A stretch of 64,000 bases of DNA from Eledone cirrhosa (lineage: Eukaryota): positions 38,502,001 through 38,566,000 of the forward strand of contig OZ024755.1 of assembly GCA_964016885.1 (NCBI GenBank), written 5' to 3'. Below, in pieces: positions 41,719 to 54,077 of the stretch. The position numbers and the translations under genes are program-made. Position 1 is the first letter of the stretch, and each line of letters begins with the position of its first letter. The notes beneath the pieces are model-generated. The model searched no databases. It had not been told where the DNA came from and saw only the letters and a list, made by a program, of their open reading frames with translations.

Positions 41719-43592
41719 GTAGCAATGTTTGTACATATAATTAACCACCTATTCAACTGAACAATCTTATAGATACATGGATATTAATGTTGCCAACAGT
41801 TTCGTATTTACAGAATGGAATGGATGCGACATAGAATTCCAGAGAATTGTACAATAATTAAAATTAAAAATTAAAAATTATTAGTTAAACATGCACAGAG
41901 TGGAATGCATGCGACAGAGATTAGTATAATAATTAGAGAGACATTAAGGTAGAAAGTTACTCATGAAACTCATTTATATTCCTGCTCTGTAAAACATCTC
42001 ATGTATTTACATTGAGCTATTTATCTTACTGGTAATAAGGTAGTAATACATTACTGACCTTTCCTGTTTATAGTTGTATAGAGTGTATACATAACTATAA
42101 ATATTATTATTATTATTATATATATATAAAAACAATTTCTTTCATTTACATAATTGACAAGTAGACAGTTACCAAAAAAAAAACAACAAAAGTGGTGGCC
42201 TCTGGTAAGGTTTTGTTTTCTAAGTATTAAATATAGAAATACATAAGTAAAAATGATTTGTCGTATTTCTTTTGTAAAGAATACTCAGGCTAAAACCATT
42301 CTTTATTTGACATCTATGGCATCAGTTTGGAGATCGTCTATAACAAACATCAATACATAAGGGAAACGACTTATTGTTGACAACCATTATATGATAAATA
42401 GACTTGCTATAACAACAGATAAAATGATATATATTTACTTAACAATGAATATTTCTAAAGAACTCTCGATAGTTCCATTAAATCTGTCTTTTTCCATACT
42501 ATATATGTAATAGCTTTGATATGCCTTATAGCACATCTGTTCATACCAGACGTATATAGAAACGTTGATATTTCTGCATATGCATGTGTGTGTGTGTGTG
42601 TGTTTATCTATAAATGTACAGATATCTAATAGTACTTATTCTGATATTAGATACGATAGAGAATATATTATGGATACATGATATTATAATTGAATATAAA
42701 AGAGAGATAAACACATATATATATATATGTGTTCAAAACAGCATCGCCAAACACTGTCTGGGTGATTGGTAGTTACCACAATTCCGGTTTGTAATTATTT
42801 CCTTGATTTATTCTTAAATTGTGTCTGGCAAAACCTATTGTCCATAGTATCTTTTTCACCCTAGTGAATCTGGCCCCTTACGATTTGAACACATATATGA
42901 ATATATCTGTGTTTATCTCTCTTTTATATTCAATTATATTAGACGGCTCGGAAAAATCTCTTTCCTTGAGCTGTTTAATTGTAAGAGACTATTTTGAGTT
43001 TCTAACTCAATATATACCTTGATATTATATAAATGATATACATGATATTATATAAATGTTGCTAATTGCATTATAAATTATATGATTTAAAATATTTTAG
43101 TCTATTCAAAGAGATACCTGGTGAGTTGTGATCGTGTTCCAGCTCTGATCAACGTCGTGTACCTTTTATAGATCGAATATAAGGTAAATCTGAAATTCAA
43201 AAGAACTAACTTTGTCGCATACTGTGTCTCACTATATTCTTGAGAAATATATTAAGAGTACACATGCCCGTGAATCGAACTTTATTATAAAACCAGTTTA
43301 AATATTTGATCTCCACCAAAATCTCAGACAAGTTTTTATTTTGACATTGTAAAAACATCGTCTGAAAATGTAAACTAAATACTTTGGAAATTCTTTAAAA
43401 AGCACGGTTGCATTCCATAAGAGACTATTGCAAACGTATCTAAAATGGCGGTGTTGTTTTATAGTCAAACTTCCTTGACAGATTCACCAATGTCCCACAA
43501 CCAATAGACAAATACATTTTTTATTATTACTACAATTTCTACAATATTTCTACAATATTTCTACAATAGAAACCACCATTATAATTATTGGA

Positions 43593-43790
43593 AGGGTGGA
43601 GGATTGGAAGTATCGGTAGAGGGTCGGAAGCCATGCTTTTCAGCATAGAGTTACGGACTTTCATGATCTGAGTTCAAATCCCGCCGAGGTTAACTCTGCC
43701 TTTCATCCTTACGGGATCGATAAAATAAAGTACCAGTAATGCACTGGGGTCGACTTTCCCCTCCCCCAAAATTGCTGGCCTTGTGCCTAT
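43593..43790 (+). mobile_element. tRNA-derived SINE
   Basis: A/B boxes and family core. Confidence 0.88.
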
Positions 43791-44044
43791 ATTACTACAA
43801 TTTCTAGCCAATTACAATCTGACTCTATCAAAAGTTATTGCAGCTATTACTGCTACAAACTGGGGATGACGTCACCAGTTGTTACTGATTCTCATCCAAT
43901 GAAAACAAGGCTTTACTCATCCAATGAAAACAAGGCTTTACTCAAACTTTCCAATGTAGACTTCATCTGGCGCCAACATAAATTAGTCTCAGGCTGGCTG
44001 ACCATTGACACTTATCATACAGCCCCATAGCAGCACATGTGAAC

Positions 44045-44180
44045 CACTTCAGGGCACCCAACAGTTCCCCACCCTCACAGCACCACATGTGGAATACCTC
44101 AGGGCACCCTACAGTTCCCCACCCCATATCACCATATGTGAGATACTTCAGGGCACCCTAGAGTCCCTTACCATGCCCCA
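44045..44180. repeat. Diverged ~50-bp tandem repeat x3
   Basis: Recurring CTTCAGGGCACCC..CAGTTCCCCACC. Confidence 0.7.
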
Positions 44181-44217
44181 CTATGCTACAGTCAAATAAC
44201 TGAGACCATTAAAAGAA

Positions 44218-44330
44218 TACGAGGGTAGGCTGAAAGATTCATAGAATGACTATGAAGAGCTGTGAAATCTTGCATACATTAATTTCAACTCTTCTTATTG
44301 ATAACTGGATCGTTTCTTTCCAGGGACTAT
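44218..44330. mobile_element. Possible Tc1/mariner-type MITE end
   Basis: TA-CGAGGGTAGGCTGAAA resembles mariner TIR starts; no second end found. Confidence 0.35.
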
Positions 44331-45386
44331 GCAAGTTTAAATGTTCACCTGAGACCGTCTGACAACAATAAATTGTTATTTAGAAACCATGTTGAATTTT
44401 TCTTTCATAAGAAGTGTAAAAGGTGTCTCAAATAAAACCACATTTGAACTACTTCTACGCTAGAGTTAAAATTTCCATGATGCATGAGAGAAGACTAATT
44501 CTTCAAATGCTCTGGTGGAGTTTGTGTTCTTCAGAACAATTAAATGAAAATATCAACAGCAGCAGTATTAACACGCGTTCTTAGTATAGAATTACTTCTA
44601 AACACAACCACAAGGATATGGTCCGAACGTGGAAGAGCCGAACTCCCACTGTCATCGCCTCCATCTGTCTCGCCCTCCCCATCTCTCTGTATGGTTAGAA
44701 AATGGGGTCCCACCTTCTGGCCTCCTCACAGCCCCGGCGGACAGAATGAAGAAGGCGTTTCCTGGAGAATGGTAAGGGAGATGCGCAAGAAGAGCCATTC
44801 CATTTCGCGAGGCTCACACCTGCGGCTAGCCAGCTCACCGCCTTTGGTGGTGAGTAGGGAGGTAGCCCTAGGGCCAAGGACACCAGAAGTCCCACTGCCA
44901 AAAATGGTGTCCCGTTTTAAATATAGATTATCCATTTGGGCCCTCAACCAGTTTGAAATATGTGACCTATGCATCAATTCCTTTATTTCCCAAAACATTT
45001 GTCACTGCTGAACTACAGTTCCATTGTAACTATCAGCTGTGGACTTCCAAAACAATTATTATATCACTGCACTGCTACACCAAGGAATAGGAACCATTTC
45101 TAATGGGTATTTTGGAAATTAAGTCAACTTAAGAGGTTAACATATGCGTGATCTTGTCTCATTCTTTTTCTTCTTTTATCTATTTCTTCCCATCACTTCT
45201 ACCAAAACACTTCTAACCAGTAATTTCCGTCCTTTGAGGTCATTTTCACTCGATGCCGTCCCTGACGGCATTTTTCTGTTTTAACACGTATTCTTGCATT
45301 GAGTTTTTTTAAAACATTCTACGTATTGATCATTCCATGAGAGTATCTTAGTCAGCCTATGAAATTTTCAGCCCTTCCAATATAAT

Positions 45387-45809
45387 GGTTTCTGATTTAG
45401 GCACAAGGCCAACAATTTTTGGGGAGGGGAAAGTTGATTAAATCGACCCGAGTGCATTACTGGTACTTTATTGTATCGACCCCGTAAATATGAAAAGCAG
45501 AGCTAACCTCGGCGGATTTGAACTCAGAGCGTAAATGGCCGTAACTCTATGCTGCAAAGCATGGTGTCTGACGCTCTACCGATTACTGCCAATCTACCGC
45601 CTTTCCAATAATAATAATAGTGGTTTCTGATTTAGGCCCAATGGTCAGCAACAACAACAACAACAATAATAATTGTTTCTACTTTAGGCACAAGGCCAGC
45701 AATTACCCCAGTGCATTACTGGTACTTTATTTTATCGACCCCGTAAGGATGAAAGGCAAAGTTAACCTCGGCGGGATTTGAACTCAGAAAGTAAAGGGCC
45801 ACGACTCTA
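45387..45809 (-). mobile_element. Two adjacent SINE copies (45387-45601 and 45671-45809)
   Basis: Family match. Confidence 0.88.
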
Positions 45810-45869
45810 TAATAATAATGAGAATGAAGGGGAAGGAGGGAATGAAGAAGAAGAAAATAGCAACACTAT

Positions 45870-46024
45870 CAGCAGCAGCGACAGCAGCAGCAGTAGTAGT
45901 AGTAGTAGTAGTAGTAGTAGCAGCAGTAGCAGCAGTAGTAGTGGTAGTATTAGTAGTATTAGTAGTGGTAGTAGTAGTAGTAGTAGTAGTGGTAGTATTA
46001 GTAGTATTAGTAGTATTAGTAGTG

Positions 46025-46084
<60 letters not shown>

Positions 46085-46171
46085 ATAGTAGTAGTAGCAG
46101 CAGCAGCAGCAGCAATAGTAGTAGTGGTATTATTATTATTATTATTATTAGTATTAGTAGTAGTAGTAGTG

Positions 46172-46228
<57 letters not shown>

Positions 46229-46260
46229 ATATTAATAGTAGTAGTAGTAGTAGTAGTAGT

Positions 46261-46295
<35 letters not shown>

Positions 46296-46375
46296 AAGCC
46301 GAAGGAGAAGAAGAAAAAGAAGAAGAAGAAGAAGAAGAAGAAGAAGAAGAAGAAGAAGAAGAAGAAGAAGAAAAA
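45870..46375. repeat. Compound (AGT)n/(AGC)n/(ATT)n/(AGA)n microsatellite
   Basis: Seen directly. Confidence 0.95.
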
Positions 46376-47032
46376 AGAAACGAGGAAACAAAAGAAGAAA
46401 TAAGATAGCATGAGTAACAATTTTAGTAAAAAAAAAAAAAAAAATCCTCCATCCTGTCGATTGACTTAAACATGAATTTCCAATGTTTCTTTCTTCTTCG
46501 TTTGTCCAGCCGACGCCACGTAGTTTTCAATGTGTGGCAAAATGACACAAAACAAAATTCTGGCAGCCATTTTTATCTGTATTAATTCCATAATGAAATT
46601 ATCGAGTATAATGAATAAATATCGTGAAGAACAAGCACATTATTGATTCAAATTGTTATTTGGGCAGATTTAAGACATGAACTAGCATAATCTTTGGACG
46701 GAAAACCAGTTAAACATTTTTAATGCCAACACGAAATAGAAGTAGTTTGCATGAAATGTGTTTTAATTCTTCCATTCATATATTTATTTCGAAAAACAAA
46801 CGAGGAAATATGTTGATTAATATCTAAAATACATTGAATTTTGGAAAATGTGTGAATAAATGTGAGAATAACAGTTTCGGAATATATATTGTTTTATTCT
46901 TATGTTTATTTCAGTCATGAGTCTGCGACCATGCTGGAGCACAGTATTGCAGGAATTTAGGCGATTAGATCGAACCCAGTGTACATTTTTCATATTTAAT
47001 ATATTGATTTTATTGATTTTTTTCTATGTTAC

Positions 47033-47108
<76 letters not shown>

Positions 47109-47115
<7 letters not shown>

Positions 47116-47293
47116 GTTATTCCGAGTTGAATCGGAGGTAACCACAGTAAGTAAGGTACTCAATACATTGCAGAGTATAAAAGTTTTAATATAGATGAGA
47201 TTCTACAGGACTAGAACTGTTTCATTCTTTAGAAATCATATGATTTCTAAAGAATGAAACAGTTCTAGTCCTGTAGAATCTCATCTATATTAA

Positions 47294-47297
<4 letters not shown>
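47109..47297. mobile_element. Asymmetric fold-back cassette, family D; perfect 58-bp arms with no spacer
   Basis: 47182-47239 mirrors 47240-47297 about CAT|ATG; the long arm is the reverse complement of 13887-14017. Confidence 0.88.
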
Positions 47298-47338
<41 letters not shown>

Positions 47339-47430
47339 CGTCAAGTATGAAATTTGTAGAAATTATTTGTTTTTTTTCCTACAAACTTCTACAAATTTCA
47401 TACTTGACCCAATATATCTTATATACTAAT

Positions 47431-47538
47431 AATTGTTTCTACTTTTGGCACAAGGTCAGCAATTACCCCAGTGTATTACTGGTACTTTATTTTATTGACC
47501 CCGTAAGGATGAAAGGCAAAGTTGACCTCGGCGGGATA
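47431..47538 (-). mobile_element. Truncated SINE
   Basis: Family match. Confidence 0.85.
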
Positions 47539-47577
47539 ATAAAAAGGACGAGGTGCCAGATCTTCATTACATTTATT

Positions 47578-47668
47578 GAAATGTGACGCGCGTTTCGCGA
47601 TTGATCAGCCCAAGGCTTGTTCTATATCTATCTGGCCCGACTCTGGAATCAAAAGCTCGTCGGACTTC
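47578..47668 (-). ncRNA. Family-F hammerhead-like motif with CCGACGA core and long stem II
   Basis: Minus strand GAAGT-CCGACGA-GC...GC-GAA-ACGCGCGT-C-ACATTTC. Confidence 0.6.
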
Positions 47669-47753
47669 TGTTATGGTGATGACAGAATCCCTAAACTATA
47701 CACCCCCCCCGCACACAGACCCCCCCCACACACATATATATATAAACACACAC

Positions 47754-47784
<31 letters not shown>

Positions 47785-47791
47785 ATATATA

Positions 47792-48948
47792 GTGGTGTCA
47801 CCCATACCAAGCGGTTCCTCAGCGTGCTGGAGACGAACGGATACCCAGCCTCGCTTACAAACAGAGTAAGAGACACCAGATGCAAGAGGGAGAGAAACAC
47901 CCAAGGCAAGTGCTTCCCTAAAATCCCGCACCTGGGCGAGAAAGCCACCAACGCTATCCGCAGGGCTATACGGAGAGAGGGCCTCGACATCTACCTGGCT
48001 CACTCGGGCCCCTCTCTATGGAGATGCCTCTCCAGGAAACCCGGGAAATCGACTGACGCGTGTTCCCTCAGAAACTGTCCAATGCGCCAAACGAACTGTT
48101 GCTTACGCACATACGTTTTATACAGGGTAGAATGTGACAAGTGCAACCACTACTAAATCGGTAGTACAATCCGGCCGCTACATATCCGGATCAAGGAGCA
48201 CATCAACACCAGGGCCTCGTGTTTCCGGAAACACATAACCAAATGCGGAAATAAAGACGGAAGGCCCATTGTCACAGTGCTAGCGACAGAACGCAACGTT
48301 ACGCAACGTTACGAATCAAGGAAGCACTTTGGATCAAACACCTAGGACCACAAATAAATAACCGATCCGAGAGAAGCGAGCCGAGGTGGCTGGTGTAAAC
48401 AAACGAGACAACAGAACACGCACACACACAGACAGTCGCATTCGAACGATTATTGAGTGTATAGCGCCCCCACCATCCACTGACCAACAAGCGACAACCA
48501 GGCAGACTACCAACACTGCCAGTATCAAAGACTGAATACATGTAGTATAAGGATAGCAAAGCACCATCCCACTCCCATAGTAAAGAGGAACTGCCTCGAC
48601 CTCTGCTTGACCGCACCTATTCCGCGCGCACGCGCGCTCTACCGAAAATCTCAGTTGCACACAAACGGCGGACGACAGAGGCCACGTACCGTTCCTCTCC
48701 GACAGATGACTTTTCCCCCTCGGAAAACTACCCAGTTGATGGATGCGAAATCCGAAATATAGGGACAATTACATTTCTCCCAAGGTAACTCTATCTCGTG
48801 TTATTATTTTTATTTTTACGTTCTTTCCTACGTTCCTCTACACACTATACGTCACATACGACATTTCCTCTTACATCTCTCTCTCTTCACCACCGGATTC
48901 TCTTATCCGGAGATTTCCCTATCTGCATTGTTGAGTCTTCCAAACGAC

Positions 48949-48950
<2 letters not shown>
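47792..48950 (+). mobile_element. GC-rich 5'-truncated PLE (GIY-YIG pseudo-ORF to ~48400, then 3' UTR)
   Basis: NGYP; CSLRNCP..CLRTYVLYRVECDKCNHY*IGSTIRPLHIRIKEH; LRIKEALWIKHLGPQINNRSE; degenerate HHR at ~48730-48765 (GGAT GCGAA ATCC-GAA-ATAT-A-GGG). Confidence 0.9.
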
Positions 48951-48979
<29 letters not shown>

Positions 48980-49610
48980 TTCGTTTCTGAATTTGTTTAG
49001 CAAGATTCTTTATCTGAAATCGTGTGTTGAAACCGATATTGTTATACTTTGGGAGGGTCATGTTGCCAATAAGAAACACACACACAACTTACAATTAAGG
49101 ACAAAATGAAAACACACACACACATAGAACAAACAACTTACAATTAAGGACAAAATGAAAACACACACAAAATGAAAACACACACAGGACAAAATGAAAA
49201 CACACACACACACAGAACAAACAACCAACCAACAATAAATAAATAAATAAATAAATAAACAAATAGATAAATGAACACAAACACACACAGACACCCGGAT
49301 GTGGCGCATGCGCAAACTGAGCACACAACACACACACAGAAACAAAATGGCGTAGGATAGAAGAAAGGAAAGGCACAGAAACGAAGAAAGGAATCCCCAG
49401 TCACTGAAGAGGTCACAGAGTGTGTGACGAAAGGACTATGACTATATATAAACAACTATCTGGTTGTGGAACCAACCAACCAACCAGAAATTTATAAGTT
49501 TGTAAATTTTTAAATTTATAAATTTATAAATATATAATAAATTGAAGTGAAAGCAACTGGTGCGTGTGTTTCTTATTGGCAACATGACCCTCCCAAAGTA
49601 TAACAATATA
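48980..49610. mobile_element. ORF-less copy of the 6690-8012 PLE termini, with inverted ends
   Basis: 48980-49057 matches 6697-6775; 49095-49610 matches 7615-8012; ~50-bp inverted repeat at the ends. Confidence 0.85.
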
Positions 49611-49611
49611 T

Positions 49612-49686
<75 letters not shown>

Positions 49687-49717
49687 GTCGATATGTATAT
49701 ATATATATATATATTTA

Positions 49718-49916
49718 ACGATGGAAATGTGGTAAGGAACCAGGTGGACCATAACGCACCAGAGTACTCGATACTTTGGAGTAGTAGAGTGGGTAATAGG
49801 GAAATAGTTAGGACCCCGACGGCAGAGATCAAGCCGTTTCGACGGGTATTTCTGAGTCCAAAAATAGCCGTCGAAAAGGCTTGAGCTCTGCCGTCGGGGT
49901 CCTGACTATTTTCCTA
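49718..49916. mobile_element. Fold-back cassette homologous to 9580-9784
   Basis: GGACCCCGACGGCAGAG...CTCTGCCGTCGGGGTCC arms; shared long arm. Confidence 0.8.
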
Positions 49917-49939
49917 TATATATATATATAGGAAAAGAG

Positions 49940-50001
<62 letters not shown>

Positions 50002-50355
50002 CAATGAGTTATATGCTTTGTTGATAAGTATTCAACAGGGTTATGTTCATACAGATATGAAGCACTCAACAGTTGAAATTTTATCTGGCGAATTATATTA
50101 TTAATAGTAATAAATGGAAAATATATCACTATAGCATCATATTTATTTTATTATACGTATTTCAAGGATACCAAATTAGGGTATGCTTTCATCAAAAGTC
50201 TCTAGCGTCTAAACTAAAGGTCTTTTAATCTGTTCAATATATCCCTGTTAAGGTATATCCTTTGAAATTTTGAGTTTTTATTCCACATACCCACTGTAAG
50301 CTGAAGTTGAAAGTTTATACTTTGGGTATGTCACTATCTTATACATCAAATATTG

Positions 50356-50415
50356 TATTTTATCTGATGAAAGCATACCATAATTTGGTACCCTTGAAAT
50401 ACGTATAATAAAATA
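50356..50415 (+). ncRNA. Family-B hammerhead (ATACGTAT stem III) in a fold-back cassette ~50000-50461
   Basis: TATTTTAT-CTGATGA-AAG CATACCA TAATT TGGTA CC CTT-GAA-ATACGTAT-A-ATAAAATA; partial mirror at 50144-50194. Confidence 0.82.
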
Positions 50416-50460
50416 AATATAATGCTATAGTGATATTTTCCATTTATTACTATTAATAAT

Positions 50461-50650
50461 AATTGTTTCTACTTTTGGCACAAGGCCAGCAATTATCCCA
50501 GTGCATTACTGGTACTTTATTTTATCGACCCCGTAAGGATGAAAGGCAAAGTTAACCTCGGCGGGATTTGGACTCAGAATGGCAAGGGCCGTAACTCTTT
50601 GCTGCCAAGCATAGCGTCCGACTCTCTACCGATACTACCAATCCACCGCC
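50461..50650 (-). mobile_element. tRNA-derived SINE (plus a fragment at 50696-50758)
   Basis: Family match. Confidence 0.9.
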
Positions 50651-51060
50651 CATACTATTAATAATAATGATAATACTACTACTACTAATAATAATAATTG
50701 TTTCTACTTTAGGCACAAGGCCAGCAATTACCCAGTGCATTACTGGTACTTTATTTTATAATAATAATAATAATAATATATGTATATATATATAATAATA
50801 ATAATAATAATATATGTATATATGTTTGAATATGTATAATAAAGCCAAAACAATGCAGGTATGGACATAGAAAAAAGAATGCAATTGCAAAAGATATTGT
50901 TGACAATTCGTCTTTTACCTTAGATTTATTTTAAACGTCCTTAATTTTCGAGATAATATCTCTTCTTCAGAGGGAAATAAAGGTCTCAAACCAGCGTTCT
51001 AAATATCTTGCCAAGCCATGCTGACAAGATATTTAGAACGCTGGTTTGAGACCTTTATTT

Positions 51061-51097
51061 CCCTCTGAAGAAGAGATATTATCTCGAAAATTAAAGA
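51061..51097 (+). ncRNA. Minimal hammerhead, family G (mirror at 50938-50974, minus strand)
   Basis: CCCT-CTGAAGA-A-GAGAT ATT ATCTC-GAA-AATT-A-AAGA (AGGA in the mirror copy). Confidence 0.65.
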
Positions 51098-51267
51098 CGT
51101 TTAAAATAAATCTAAGGTAAAAGACGAATTGTCAACAATATCTTTTGCAATTGCATTCTTTTTTCTATGTCCATACCTGCATTGTTTTGGCTTTATTATA
51201 CATATTCAAACGTTTATACCTCATTACACTATTCACAAGTGTTTTTAACCTTCATATCATGTCTTCC

Positions 51268-51338
51268 TATTTTATCTGATGAAAACACAAATGTTAGTGC
51301 ATGATGATATTTGTTTTTGAAATGCGCATAATAAAATA
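51268..51338 (+). ncRNA. Hammerhead with family-B stem I and ATGCGCAT stem III
   Basis: TATTTTAT-CTGATGA-AAACACAAATGTTA...TGATATTTGTTTTT-GAA-ATGCGCAT-A-ATAAAATA. Confidence 0.8.
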
Positions 51339-51461
51339 CATGGAACTCTTTTAACCATCTTTTGATCTTATATATTATGTATACTCCAGTCCTACAAACT
51401 GTAGAGTGCTTCTTATCCGATATCTGCATTGCTTTATTGTACTACAATAAAACTCACCTCC

Positions 51462-51543
<82 letters not shown>

Positions 51544-51790
51544 TATGTCGTTGGAACGTCGAATAGAATGCTTTATGCTATTCGTTACGGCTCTCTATTC
51601 TCTGAGTTCAAATCCCGTCCAGGTTAACTTTCCCTTTCATCCTTTTGAGGTCGATAAAAAAAGTACCAGTTTGATATAAGGGTCGATTCTTTCTCTATAT
51701 CCTTTTCTCATTTCCTCTCTCTTACATTCTATCTTTCTCTGGAAGAAATTTGCTGTACTCAGACCTACGACTCTATCAGGGGCTACGGGA

Positions 51791-51841
<51 letters not shown>

Positions 51842-51846
<5 letters not shown>

Positions 51847-52600
51847 TAATAAAAACAATGAAATAAAAAAAACAATTCATCCTTTTACGATCGTTTCTAG
51901 GGTGTATGTGTGTGTTGGTATGTATATCATATAGATCTATGTAAAAATATTACAAATTATCCGAGAAAATATACATACCTTCACATATACAAGCCGTCCT
52001 CAGGAATGATATATATTAATGAGGACGGCATGTATCTATCTATCTAAGGCGGGTAAAATTCCCGAGATCCATGGACGAGTTCTCTCCAGCGGTCTCTGTC
52101 CCTCATTATCGCTGCCATGTCCTGCGTCTCCAACAGACCAGTGTCTGTCCTTAGGGCATCAACATACGTTAACCTTGGTCTTCCTCTTCTAGTGTGTCCA
52201 TGTAGGGACTCTCAAAGGAGCACTGAGTGCAATGTCAACTCTGGATGTCGGTGAGCATGTCCAGCTAACCTCAGTCTCCTCTGTGTCACTTTTGAGCTGA
52301 CTTTTGGGATGTATATGTGAAGGTATGTATATTTCCTTTGATAATTTGTAATATTTTTACATAGATCTATATGATATACATACCAACACACACATACATC
52401 CTAGAAACGATCGTAAAATGATGAATTTTTTAATATAAGGAACTTGTTCTTTGTTTTTATTTCATTGTTTTTATTAATTTATCTTGACTCTGTTTTCCAA
52501 TGATTTTTATAGAAAATTTTTGAATGCATTTTCTCTTTTCATGATATTTCGATGACATTGAGTTCTTCATACGGACTGGATACTACCGTATATTTTGGTA
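51842..52600. mobile_element. Fold-back cassette, family A, with HHRs on both strands; plus-strand copy interrupted
   Basis: Minus-strand HHR at 51877-52010 (CTGAGGA-CGG...CCCTA-GAA-ACGATCGT-A); plus copy 52019-52425 split by an RTE; homologous to 1761-1960. Confidence 0.8.
52036..52308 (-). mobile_element. RTE 3' end with (TAGA)n tail inserted in an HHR stem II
   Basis: PKVSSKVTQRRLRLAGHAHRHPE..RRGRPRLTYVDAL; putative TSD ATGTAT. Confidence 0.85.
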
Positions 52601-52604
52601 GATT

Positions 52605-53137
<533 letters not shown>

Positions 53138-53192
53138 ACCCATGCTAGCGTGGAAAATGGACGTTAAACGATGATGATGATGATGATGATGA

Positions 53193-53237
<45 letters not shown>

Positions 53238-53956
53238 CAAAAATATACTTATTATTTCTTCAAAGTCCCGACTGCAGTTTTGCCGAATCCGTTTGCAGCA
53301 ATTTATGCACTATAGAAGTGCACCATCGCTGTGAGGTTGATAAGGCTTATCAAGAGACCTCTCAGTTGACTGTTTCTTGAGCGTTCATAACAAGTGAGAA
53401 ATTCTCGCGATGAGGAGGGAGAAATTAACACGTGATACAGTGGTAGGTAGTAAAGGTGGACAATAAGCGAATATCGTATTTGCTAGAAAAAGCAGTCAGC
53501 ACACACCTTGTTAACTCGACCATAGGGGAGTTTGGGACAATAAAGTAATGATATACACACACACATATACAGATGTATATGTACGTATGTGATGCCCGCC
53601 TTAACAAGTTTTGCTCGATGACCGAAAGAGTTAAAATAATCAACAGGATTAAAAAGATTCAATAATCGGAACTATTTATCAAATAAAAAATATGCGGAAA
53701 TGATAGACAAAAATATACCTATCTTTTCATCAAAGTACCGACTGTAGTTTTATATTGTCCCCAACGAGTCTTAACGATTCAGACGCTCGTCCTTCATCAG
53801 AAAATGGAATAAGAAATTAAAGACGAAATAGAAAGATTTAGGAGTTGTGCAGGGCAGAATCGGAAAAAAACATTTGATATAAAATAACGTGTCGATTTAT
53901 GTTGCCATCTCTTGGAAAACTGTTGATGCTGGCAATCTATCTTATTTTTCATTCTT

Positions 53957-53992
53957 TCTTCTGATGAAGGACTAGCGTCCGAAACGTTAAGA
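53957..53992 (+). ncRNA. Minimal hammerhead, family I (degenerate inverted copy at 53769-53804)
   Basis: TCTT-CTGATGA-A-GGAC TAGC GTCC-GAA-ACGT-T-AAGA. Confidence 0.8.
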
Positions 53993-54077
53993 CCCTCTTC
54001 CTGCTATTTTAAGCGTTAACCTAATATATTCCTTCCGATTGTGTTGTTATTTCTGTTTACCTTTTACACACACACAC

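Larger units (their letters stand above)
50824..51465. mobile_element. Asymmetric fold-back cassette (187-bp arms, 14-nt loop) with three HHR motifs
   Basis: 50824-51010 mirrors 51025-51211; tail to ~51465; AT-repeat flanks. Confidence 0.88.

Noticed and set aside
45778-46413. Ser/Arg-rich 211-aa ORF
   Set aside because: Trinucleotide microsatellite; the start codon lies within a SINE.
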